This document shows positions 26,371 to 37,064 of a DNA stretch of 64,000 nucleotides, piece after piece (position 1 is the stretch's first letter; every line of letters begins with the position of its first letter). Below the pieces are notes generated by a model. That model was not told where the DNA came from and did no database searches. It saw only the letters and a program-made list of their open reading frames with translations. The translations under genes were made by a program, and so were the position numbers. The DNA lies in the NCBI RefSeq assembly GCF_964204645.1, contig NC_134033.1, forward strand, positions 7,014,655 to 7,078,654. The letters run 5' to 3'. This DNA comes from Tubulanus polymorphus (Eukaryota > Animalia > Nemertea).

Positions 26371-27825
26371 TTATTTATTTTTTATCATATTCACTAACCC
26401 AAAAATAATAGCACTAACAATTGTAATTAAAAATAAAATAATATGTTCAGCAGCAAAACTAAGAATATTTCCAGCAGATTTTAATACAAAACCAACAATT
26501 GATGCTATAACTCCGGGTAAAGCTGCAGCAGATTTTTTAGATAGTTCCCATAGATATTTTGCTAATTTTTTTAAACCATCTTTAACTTTATCTTGTATAG
26601 AATTATTATGACTTGGAGGTTTATCCGGTTTATTGGGTGTAGGCGTAGATTTTAATGAATTTGAAATAGCTAAACCAATTGTTGTAAATAACATAGTTAC
26701 AGCTGTTAGAATTGAAAGAATTGTTATACCTTCTAGTTTGAATAATAATTTTATTCTATCTTTTAATGATATTTCAGAATTTGGTTTTATCAACAAATCT
26801 TTAAAAATAACTTTTAACGTATTAATATTATAATCATATGATTTTAATGATAATTTAATTTCTTCTTTCTGTAATTCTATGTTATATTCTAAATCATCTT
26901 TTCCTTTTTCTAAATATGCATTTCTTTTTTTAAATTTAATTTCTTCAATAACTTTATTATCTCCATCTAATTTTAATTGTTCTATTTCTTTAATTTTATC
27001 AGTTCTATCTTTTTCTAAAGTTCTAATTTTAAAATCTCTTATACTTTTATCATGCGCAATTTCATCAGATGCAAGTCTTATTACTTATAATTTCTCTAAT
27101 TGCTTTATCAGAAAATATATCTAATTCTTCTAATTCTTGATCTGTTGCGTCAAGTAACCCATTTGGTAAAAGTTTTTCGATTGGAACTTTATTTGATTTA
27201 AGTTTACTAGTTTTGGAAGTTATATCCTGTTCAGAAGTTGTGTCTGTTTCTAAATTATTTTTGATTATTTCAAATAATTCATTAATTCTTTGTTTAAATA
27301 CTCTTTTTTATTTATTTCTGTGTCGGTAACATTTTCTATTTCATTGCTATTACTTATTCTTTTTATTCTAGATGATTCTAAATTATTCAAAGTTGATTCT
27401 GCTAATATTTTGTTTTGATTCTTATAAGTGATATTAATATAATAATCATCTTTAAAATGATAGTTATATTCACCATCTAAAGATTTTGATTCTTGTACTA
27501 AATATCTGGCACCTCTATCATTTATATCATATCCAGATTTTTCAAATATAGGTTTAAAATTATTTATATATTCATTATATTCTAAATGCTGTCTTACTAA
27601 ATCTGGATTTTCATTTTCAATATTTATTCTCCGTCCAGCTCTTCTATCAAAATCGCCTGTTGTTATTATATTATCATTAAAACCACTATCCGCTAAATTA
27701 TTATTATATTCTGGCATATTACCGTCATTAAAACTTGTTTCATTAAAATCAGGTGGTTGTTCTTCAGTTATGCCGGGTTCATCAAAAGTATCCATTCCAA
27801 TATCTTCTCCACCTTCTACATCCAT
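26371..27825 (-). pseudogene. Long acidic/coiled-coil protein with C-terminal hydrophobic helices
   Basis: ORFs 27265-27825 and 26371-26796 linked by disrupted charged sequence; GITILSILTAVTMLFTTIGLAI and AAALPGVIASIVGFVL. Confidence 0.65.
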
Positions 27826-27844
27826 TTATATAATAAAAAAATTA

Positions 27845-29228
27845 ACATTAAAAATAAAATATTCCTCCTATTACAATTCCTTTACAAGTAATAGCTAATT
27901 TAGTATTTTTCATGTGATTTATTATCATTATTACTTTTAATTATTTCATGTTGAATATTATCCGTTTTTATATTTTCTGTAGTATTGTTATCTTTTATTT
28001 AATTATCATTATCCAATTTAATATTTTTAGTTTTAGTTTCAGTTGATTGAATATGCTTTTTAATTTTTTCACCTTCCATTTGTTTTGTAGCAGTAATAAT
28101 CTTTTTATTAATATCATTTAATCCAAACTTATTATTTTTTGTTGCCGTTTTAATCAGATTATTATGACCAATTATATTTCCGATTTTTAATATCAAATCA
28201 TTTGAAATAATTAACAAATTAGGGCCTATACAATAATTTAATTTTACATGCGATTTATCTAAATAATTTTGGTACCTAACTATGTTTTCTGGAATCGATC
28301 TATTTTTATCATTATGAATTTAATCTTCAAATAATACTTTGAATTGTTTTTGTGTATCAAATGATGTATTTAAATTTCCAATTATCGGGGATCTTGTTTC
28401 AACTTGTGATCCGAGAATACATATCAAATAAGCTCTAATTGATTGATTCATTCTTTGTATACCAGCTTTAGTAAAACCTTCACTATTTTCTAAAATAAAA
28501 TAAACCCAACCATTATTGTTTTCTTGTTTTAAATTATCATAGAATTTCGGTAATTTATTAAAATTTAATGTTTCTAAATCCTTAGTTTCTATTTAACCAT
28601 AACCTAATTTATTATTATAGATATTATAAAAACTATTAGATGGTATGGGAAGTGTGCAATATTCTGCAATTTTTTTAGGGCAAGGAAGTGACCTTATCGT
28701 TCCAAGTTTTGTTTTAAAATCAGAATGATTTATATCTATATTAAATTCATTACAAATTTTATAAAAATTTGATGAATTAATATTATTATTTAATTCTAAA
28801 ATACCTAGATCCTGGTAAAGGGGTCTCTAATTCATTTGATGTCAATCTTATTTGAAAACAAGTATGGAATCTAAATAAACTTTGAATTAATTTATATTTT
28901 GAATTATTTAAATGACCATTCCAACGAATTCCACATCCTGTCGTTGCACAATACACTGCACAATTTAATTGGTTCTGCCAATACTTCATATTAGATTTCA
29001 ATAACCATTGTTTTTCATATTTCATTTTTCAAAAATTAATTAGATATACATGAAATATATTTTCCAACTTTGCATTAAAATTATTAGTTTCAGTAACATA
29101 ATATCTAAATTAATTAATGAAATTTAAACTTCATCCCTATATGAAATATCTTTATTAAAATCTTTTGCTGGAATATTATATTTAATTGATTTATTATAAT
29201 GAAAAGCTTTTGATAAACTATCTACCAT
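27845..29228 (-). pseudogene. Polinton hypothetical protein, disrupted
   Basis: Starts MVDSLSKAFHYNK after TAAATG; contains YWQNQLNCAVYCATTGCGI; hydrophobic C-terminus. Confidence 0.55.
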
Positions 29229-29241
29229 TTATATAAAAAAA

Positions 29242-29676
29242 TTAATAATTTATTAATTCTTTTAATAATTTATCCTGTTCTTCAACTGTTATATTACCAT
29301 TTAAACTCATTATATAATCTAATGTATTTTTTAATTTATTAATTTCATTTATATTAGATTTTATTTTTTCTTTATAACTTTTTATATTTAATTTTGACCT
29401 TATGCCGGTTAATATACTTGAACTTAAACCTAAAGCTCCAATTGAGATAGCTAAAGGTGTTAATGATGAGAATATTGCTAGAAATGTTATTACAGAATTA
29501 ATTGTAACTGAACTACTAATAATAAAATAATATATAATTTTACTTTTGAAATATTTTTTCTTTTTAATTTTTAAATCATTTTCAAATTCTAATAGTTGTT
29601 TTTCCAAATATAATCTTAATAAAGTTTTATTTATATCATGAGGAATAATATCAACATTATCAACTTTATCATCCAT
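29242..29676 (-). CDS. 144-aa protein with two predicted TM helices flanked by coiled coils
   Basis: IIYYFIISSSVTINSVITFLAIFSSLTPLAISIGALGLSSSILTGI; intact ORF with TAAATG start. Confidence 0.7.
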   Translation of the reverse strand: MDDKVDNVDIIPHDINKTLLRLYLEKQLLEFENDLKIKKKKYFKSKIIYYFIISSSVTINSVITFLAIFSSLTPLAISIGALGLSSSILTGIRSKLNIKSYKEKIKSNINEINKLKNTLDYIMSLNGNITVEEQDKLLKELINY

Positions 29677-29699
29677 TTATTTAGAAAAGAAATTACTAA

Positions 29700-30118
29700 T
29701 TAGTTAATTTATAAGCAACAAATAATACAATAACTGTTCACCCTAAAAATCCAAATTATTTCATATTTCTGTTGTTCTTTTTTGGGGTATAATAATCTGA
29801 TAATTTAGGTTTGTATAGATGTAATTTTTCTTTATTGGTTACTGCGTTATATAAACTCATAGCTTCATCAACTGATTGAAAATCTCTATGTGTAATTTTC
29901 TGATCATATAATTCTTTGTTAATATAATCCATATAATTTTGTCTCTTTTCTCCATATTCTTCTGCAGCTTTATTGTATTTCTCTAATGCTAAGTTATGTC
30001 TTCTTTGTTCTCCTAATGAACTATTTTTATCAATGTGCTTAAATAAATAACCACCACCAGTAAATGCTTAAGCGTTAACAATTGCTGACCCTATTATAGT
30101 TATAATATCAGATGCCAT
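29700..30118 (-). pseudogene. Small Polinton membrane-associated protein, disrupted
   Basis: MASDIITIIGSAIVNA*AFTGGGYLFKHIDKNSSLGEQRRHNLALEKYNK. Confidence 0.55.
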
Positions 30119-30124
30119 TTATTT

Positions 30125-30362
30125 AGTAAAAAGATTATTTATCGATATAGGAGGAATATATTTTGTTTTTTAAAATAATCAATTGTTAAATTAGATAAAG
30201 TTACTGCTAATGTGAATTTTAATTTATCATTGATATCAAATTTATCAACATAAATACTTCCCATTCTAAATACTTTTTTTAATACCATTGTATAACCAAA
30301 GTTCCCGCAGATAATAATGCTCCATTATATAAACCAGTTATTATCCACTTCTGATCCGCCAT
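30125..30362 (-). pseudogene. Small hydrophobic Polinton protein
   Basis: MADQKWIITGLYNGALLSAGT...VLKKVFRMG...KLKFTLAVTLSNLTIDY with a frameshift; TAAATG start. Confidence 0.5.
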
Positions 30363-30716
30363 TTATTTTAGAAAAAAATTACTCTCTTCAAAATATTTAG
30401 TTAACTTACTTATAATTATTTCATCATTTATAATATTATTAGTTTCATTTTCATATATATCAGTTATTATTTTTTTAATATCATTAATAATAAAATCTTC
30501 ATCTAATTCATAAAATCTTAAAGACTCTCTAATTAAATCAGTAATCTTTTCTACATAAAAAGTTTCTTTATCTAATGTTGTTTCATATTCAAATGACGTT
30601 TCATTAAAAAAATGTAATATTTTTAATATGTGTTATTACATCGTTAATGTTGAATTTCATTTCTTTCTCACGTCTAAAATCAAATCCAAAACATATACTC
30701 GGTCCTACTGTTATAT

Positions 30717-31486
30717 TCATTGTGGAAAAATTACTTTACATCTTATAACTAATTCATAAATTACTGGAAAGTTATTCAAATCAATTAAGTATCCATTATG
30801 ACTTCTAATTTCTAATTTAAAATTGTTGAATTGAGGAATACAAGGTTTAAAATCACATTCAGCTAAATAATAATTTATTTGAGTTCCAAATTGTTTAACA
30901 TTTTTTAATGTTAAAATATTTAATATACTAGAATTACAAATTGTATCTTTAGTTGCTTCGAAAGTTTTTACAGGGTCAATTAAATTGCAATAAATATAAA
31001 AGTGTGTAAAAGGCATTAAGATTGGTGTAGCTTCGGCATTACGTTTCCTTACATCTGGGTTAATTCCTAACAGTTTTGCTATAGGTTTTTTAACCATAAA
31101 TTGATGTTCTGATATCATTAGCTAACTTTATTTTTACTTTATTATTGATATCACTTTTAAAAAATTCAATTCCAAATCAAAAACCCTCCCATTGTTAAAA
31201 GAGCTCTTTTATTAATTTCTTGCGCTAATGTTTCTAGATTATATAATCCAGGTTTTAAAAATAGATGATACCATTTATTCAAATTTCTAGCATGAACTAA
31301 AAAAGCTAAATGATCAGGACTTTTATTTGATATTTTGTAAAAAGAGTTACATACACTTACATTTACTTATCTTAAATCTACACAATTTTTAAATTCTCTA
31401 TCTTATTGTACTAGTAAATTATGTGATTTATAATATGTAAGTTTTCTAGAATCAACAAATATTCTATATTCTTTTAATTCAACCAT
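30717..31486 (-). pseudogene. Probable minor capsid protein (penton, single jelly-roll), disrupted
   Basis: AKLLGI...FYIYCNLID...FKLEIRSHNGYLIDLNNFPVIYELVIR is the typical C-terminal pattern; start MVELKEYRIFVDSRK at 31486. Confidence 0.7.
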
Positions 31487-31554
31487 TATTTATAACACAA
31501 AAAAATTACCTCGAACCATTAGATATTAATTTTAATAAAATTTTTCCTAAATAA

Positions 31555-32363
31555 ATGGATGAGAAGATAGAATGTGAAATTTGTGGCGACCTTCAAAGAA
31601 AAAGTAATATGGCTTGAAATATGAAAAAACATGATAAAAATTATAAACCCCCTAAATAAACTGCCCAAATTGTAATATATTGTTCTCAAGAAATCATGTT
31701 AAAAAAATTCAGAGAAGTGTAAAATTAATGATCCAACGGTTAATGTTGATAGTAACGAAAGTAATAATATTTCCGTTGAAACTGAACCTTAAATTTTTTG
31801 GAAAAAACCTTTCTCATTCTATGATAAGAATAATATAAAAGATCATTTCTGTGAGCCTTGTCGAATAAAATATAGCCCTGAAAATATGGAAGATTTGGAA
31901 AATCATCAATTTCGTAAAGCACATATAGATAAAATTTCTAATAAATTTGAAGCAGAATTCAATGAAAGAAAAAATAATATATTAGAAAACATAAACTATG
32001 AGAAAACGTTGCCAGATAATGGAAAAACAATATGATGAATTAGTAAGAAAAAAATATTATTGCAAATATTGTAAATTGATTATTACAACAATTAATTCAA
32101 ATCTACATAATAAAACAATAAAACATAAAGAAAACGTAAGAAAATACCAAGAACTTAATGAAGATCTATCACCAAGATATGATAGAAAAAAATGCCCACA
32201 ATGTATCTATGTGTACTTAAGACAAGAAGATTCTGTGATATTTTGTAATGAATGTGGATGGCAAAGAAATTTATGGGGTGATGAAAAAACTAGAGATATT
32301 CTTATAGAACCAAAATTAAAATATCCAGGAAGAAAGACACTAAATATTTGGATGGATATATGA
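31555..32363 (+). pseudogene. Multi-zinc-finger protein(s) of the Polinton, divergently transcribed
   Basis: MDEKIECEICG; YYCKYCKLIITTINSNLHNKTIKH; zinc ribbon CPQC...FCNECG. Confidence 0.6.
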
Positions 32364-32985
32364 AAGCTGTGGGTACTGGAGTGTGTAATGAATAGTGTAG
32401 TGCGATCTGTGTGCATTTGTGGCCAGCACACAGATCACATGGTTCATTGGGGTTTGGTCCAGGACTCGCGAGATTTTCAACAACACGGAAGTAACGTGTA
32501 ATAAATGATGACTCGAATTGCATGACTACCTACCACCCCTCATTATTTTTGGAAAACTAAACGTTACGCACTGACTCAAAATTAGTAATAGCATTTTAGA
32601 AATTGCCAGAATTTTAACTTAGGTTCTATCTCATTTTTATTTAACAATTGCCATTGGTATAATCTTTTTTTAAACGGCCGTTAAGGCTTCATGTTTCGTC
32701 TGCAATTCACTGCAAATAGTTGGGCAACTACGCACATTTCAGTGTTTTTGGCAGCTGTACACTCAATCGGCACCGTTCGTGACTAGCTTCACTGCGGAAT
32801 TATCATTAATTAACATCGCCATATCACATCATCAACTTATATTGTGCCTTAAAACCCTAACAGCCGAAATAATTGAAATGCACACACAATTTCTATCATT
32901 GAAAATTGAGAGAGTGGCCATGTTTGTGTTCTACTGCTTCGCGTAAATACCGCGCGGAGTGAGTGGGGCCGTTACGTCTAGATGA
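32364..32985. mobile_element. Host repeat inserted into the Polinton
   Basis: Abrupt rise in GC; shares hairpin and internal motif with 12165-14960. Boundaries approximate. Confidence 0.55.
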
Positions 32986-33199
32986 AATTTTTAAGATATT
33001 TTCTATGGAAGATCATACACCAGAATATAAGCAATGGCTTGAAAAAATGAAAATGATAGAAAATAAAAACGGTGAAATAACTAAGAAAGATATAATAAAA
33101 ACAATTATTCCATCAACATATAACACAAAAGAAGAGAAAATTTATCTATATTTATTATTTAACGATTATTATAAAAAACCTAAATGAACAAAAGAAGAT

Positions 33200-33499
33200 A
33201 TGGAAAATATAAAAGAAACATTCACAAACATATTAAAATATTATGTGGATAATAAAATAACAGATTCAATTAACTATGAATTCTGTTTAAATAAGATCGT
33301 AAATTTTTTAAACATCGATATTTTAATTCCATTTGATGAATTAACGAACAAAGAGAAACAAAGAGAGCGAGATGAAATGTGGAATAATATAGAATTTTAT
33401 TTAAAAGAGAAAAATGAAATGGAAGAACCTAAACAATTAAATAAATATGATGAAACCAGTAGTGATTTCGAGTATGATGATATTGATTTTCTTTTGTAA
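33200..33499 (+). CDS. Hypothetical acidic 99-aa Polinton protein (preceded by a ~60-aa ORF at ~33005-33187)
   Basis: Intact ORF with AT-rich viral-like composition. Confidence 0.45.
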   Translation: MENIKETFTNILKYYVDNKITDSINYEFCLNKIVNFLNIDILIPFDELTNKEKQRERDEMWNNIEFYLKEKNEMEEPKQLNKYDETSSDFEYDDIDFLL

Positions 33500-33509
33500 T
33501 GGCCATAAG

Positions 33510-34053
33510 GTAATGTTCTTTATTATTATTATTATTTCTTTATTCTTTCTAATGATTTCAAATCTTGATTGCATAAATACAATATTGAGTGCGACTAACA
33601 TAATTATACACACCTGCTGAACCATCGCCCATAAAAAATCCTTTGATAAAATATTCTTTTTCTTCTAATGTTTCAGGTTCTATGTTATAAATATTATCAA
33701 TTATTTCATCAAATGACATATGATTCATTGTTGGGTAAAATCTCTTATGTAATAATTCCTCTCCAATTTTTATATCAGTTGGTTTTATTTCATCACCATT
33801 ATTTCTAATTAAACTATGATCTTCTGTAACATCAACAAACCCAAATTTAGTTCTAACTCTATAAATTCTTTTATTTGTTAAATAAAATTGTATTTTTATA
33901 TGTCTAATTATATTCGTTAATTTTTTCCATCCATTTATCCATTTATTTGTATTAATTTATTAGTTCATTTTGTTTTGAAATTATTTCTGAAATTCTTCTA
34001 ATTAATATTTGATTTTTGTATTTTAATGATATTGGGGTATCAGCTGTTACAGA
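33510..34053 (-). other. Intein (N-terminal Hint blocks plus start of a LAGLIDADG homing endonuclease) inserted in PolB motif C, truncated
   Basis: Block A SVTADTPI right after YFD; after a frameshift, GWKKLTNIIRH...KRIYRVRTKFGFVDVTEDHSL (TxxH at 33816-33827), IKPTDIKIGEELLH, and FIKGFFMGDGSAG (33621-33641). Confidence 0.88.
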
Positions 34054-36599
34054 ATCAAAATATAATATTTCAATATGTTTTTCCCCAAAAAGTGGTTGTA
34101 AAACATTATAATAAAAATCGTACATTAATAATTTTGGTATTTCTAAAACAGTTGAACCAATGAATATAGGTTTATTAAATTTCATTGACGTTCTTTTTAA
34201 TTTTACCGCAGTTAAATAATCTTCAAATCTTTTATTTCCTAAATGTCTAGGACTTGATTGTAAATGTCTTAATCGTTCGGAATTATTTACTAATTCAATA
34301 TCATTTCTACTTCTAATATTTTTACATGATTTTCCATAACAACTATTATTCATTAATTTGAAGAAATCATTTTCAAAATCTGTTTTTGATATGGTTCTCT
34401 GTTGAGTATTAAAATCTATATATTTTTCTAACCACTTCGATTGATTAAATTCAATATATCTTTGTACTTTCTTTAATTTCATTTCTTGTTTTAGATAAAA
34501 TTTTAACATTCTATAATGAACAATATAATTGTATTTATTATTTTGAGTAAGTATTAATTTTTCTGTAAAAACATGATCTTTCGGTTTTATTTTCTTCTGG
34601 TATTCACTTAGATAACTATCATCTACGGCTAAATGTTCTGGGCAATATGGTAAGTTTCTTATTTTAAACTTTATGTTATCAGGATATTCTAAATCAACTA
34701 CAAAGAAATAACCAATTGGTGCTTCATCTTTTAAACCCATAATTGCACTTTCCCAATCAGTTTTATCATCATTTTCAACTACTGTTAATATAACATTTTT
34801 GTATGGTTGGGGTTGCATCATTGCTCAACCATATAGATTATTTGCATCAAAATACAATAATTTATATTCATCATTTGTTTTAAAATGTCTATCTCCCATA
34901 ACACCACTAATTCCACCTCTAATTGATTTTTCAAATAATAAAACCATGTCTGGTTCTTTTAATAAATCCAATTCTACATTTGTATATTTTAAACCACATT
35001 GCCAGGTTAAACCAGACTTGAATAACAATAACAAGGATCAACATTAAAATGATTTAAATTAACTTCTCTAATTTTTTTCAAATATATCAGCCAATATCAT
35101 AACATCTGATTTTAAGTATAAATCTACTAATTCACCATGATTTTTTATCTTAAAATGATTCCAAATATTTTATGATTAGTAAATTTCAATTTATAATCTT
35201 TTTCTGTTGGCATTATTAATTTACAAAAATCTTTATTATCACATAATTCTTTATGTTTTAATAATGTATTCTCAGTCATAAATTAAGATAAACATTTTCT
35301 TCATAATAAATTTTATTATGGTGATCACTTTCTGTTCTAAAGAATAAATCAATTTGTTTTAACCACATATAATGTTCATTTTCATCTTTTTTTGTAATAT
35401 AACAAATCTATAGCATTTTCATCATCATAATATTCTGTTAAATATAAAGCTTCCAATGTATAATCTTTAATATTTTCACCTTTTGTTTTTGGTAATTGCA
35501 TTAATTCAAAGACATTTATTTTTAAATTATTAACTTTTTCTATTTTAGAAATCATTTTTATAGTTACTGGATATTGATCAATTTTATATAATGTTTCATA
35601 TTTCCGGTAATATGTTATTCTACAAACATTTTCCTGTGTTGGATGTAAACAACTAATAATTGACCATAGAAAACATTTATTATCTTCATTTTGAATATTT
35701 ATTACTGCTTTTGTTGTAAATGGTAATTTAATATAAGATGATGCTTTAATATCCTTTTCTGTTGTAAAGTTTGAATCATTTTTAAACATTTTATTACTTT
35801 TTGATGTTTTATTTCTTTTTGTATTGTAAACATTTAAATCTAAATATATAATTTCATTCAATGTTAAGCCAGAACCCTCAAAATATCTTTCTTCAATATG
35901 ACGTTTAAATTCATTAAATATTTTTTCTAACTTCTCTTTTATTTGTGTTTTTGAAATTATTTCTTCAGAGTGTGTTTGAATATTATAATCCATTTTTTCT
36001 TCTGACTTTATAAAACTGACTTTCCCAGAGATACTAATTTTTGGATATTCAACATCTGTTATCAAATCTAGTATTTTTTCTATTATTTCATTAAATTTAC
36101 TATAATCTTCTATTGTTGTACCTTTAAAAAATCTAAATATAATAGCTGCAGGGCCAATTTTACTATGTAATGTTTCTAAAATTTCAATTGTATCTTTTAT
36201 TTCTAGTGAATCAATATAATTTCTAACATTTTCCATGTAAGGTTTATTTGAAATGGATTTAGTTTTTGAATTTGGTTTTTTTACTTTTTGAGGTTTATCA
36301 TCAAAATAATCTTTTCCTAAAACATTATTACTCAAATTTTGATGGTGTTTTTGTGATTCGAGATGTCTATTATAATTCCTTTTTACTATAAATTCATTAC
36401 AAACTTCACATTTTATTTCAACCACATTCATATTTTCTAATCTTTCTTTTCTTTCAAAATCTATTACATTTTTTATATGATTTGCAGTTTTTTCATGTCG
36501 TGTTTTATTAGATGTATCGACGTATTTTTTACAATATGTGCAATAATATTGATTTTTATTAACATTATTGTTTTCTGTCTGGTGTTCATTCTCCCCCAT
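33510..36599 (-). pseudogene. polB: Protein-primed family B DNA polymerase with N-terminal zinc fingers; internally deleted, intein-containing, C-terminally truncated
   Basis: YIKLPFTTKAVINIQNEDNKCFLWS; Exo[18 protein letters not shown]; SIRGG; motif A LYFDANNLYG; motif B FKLMNNSCYGK; motif C begins ILYFD. Confidence 0.93.
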
Positions 36600-36684
36600 T
36601 TATTAGGAAAAAAAATTACTTGTGGTGATGAGTGGTGTCTCGTCCTCTCGTCCTCTGATCTGAAAGCCAACTTTTCCAATTACT
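36593..36684 (-). repeat. Right TIR of Polinton copy 2, overlapping the polB start codon
   Basis: Reverse complement reads AGTAATTGGAAAAGTTGGCTTTCAGATCAGAGGACGAGAGGACGAGACACCACTCATCACCACAAGTAATTTTTTT. Confidence 0.9.
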
Positions 36685-37064
36685 TTCTCAAACTGGAGAT
36701 TAGTGATAATGTAATAAGTGAAACAATGTTTGGTTATCAATCAATAAATCTAGAATCATATGTAGCTAGTGCCAATATTCTGATTTAAGGGTCCAAAGTA
36801 TATGCAGCTTAGGGCATGTGTTAGGCACAATGGTGTAGACACGTTGTCTGGGCATTATGTGGTACATGCGCTTGATAGAAGAAATATGTGGTGTTTATTT
36901 GGTGATCACATTGTAAGTTTTTGCTATCCCAAAATATATTGTTTAATGTCCTTAGGGTAACAACAATGTGTAATATGTCCCTTATTTATTTTCAGGTAGA
37001 TGAAGTTGACTTTCCTTTATATTCAAACAATGATTATATTTTATTTTATCAAGATATTTCTGAG
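36685..37064 (+). pseudogene. Two exons encoding the C-terminal His-box half of a USP (peptidase C19) domain
   Basis: YMQLRACVRHNGVDTLSGHYVVHALDRRNMWCLFGDHI, a phase-0 GT-AG intron (36913-36995), then VDEVDFPLYSNNDYILFYQ. Confidence 0.7.

Larger units (their letters stand above)
20300..36684 (-). mobile_element. Near full-length but decayed Polinton/Maverick (adintovirus-like endogenous virus), copy 2
   Basis: ~90-bp imperfect TIRs starting AGTAATTGG and ending CCAATTACT; encodes pPolB, penton-like protein, MCP-like protein and rve integrase. Many stops and frameshifts; no matching TSD (AATATA vs TTCTCA). Confidence 0.92.

Noticed and set aside
26264-27124. Plus-strand ORFs 26264-26611, 26633-26833 and 26879-27124 (also 36477-36788, 41618-41947, 50270-50566)
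   Set aside because: Antisense shadows of recognisable genes on the other strand; only the last part of 36477-36788 may overlap the USP exon.
33510-34053. Hedgehog/Hog Hint domain captured from the host
   Set aside because: It starts with Ser at the exact Pol-c site and contains a LAGLIDADG motif; Hog domains start with Cys and have no endonuclease.
20300-36684. Prophage or bacterial contamination
   Set aside because: rve integrase with chromodomain, pPolB and TIRs are Polinton hallmarks; host repeats are nested inside; flanks contain spliceosomal introns.
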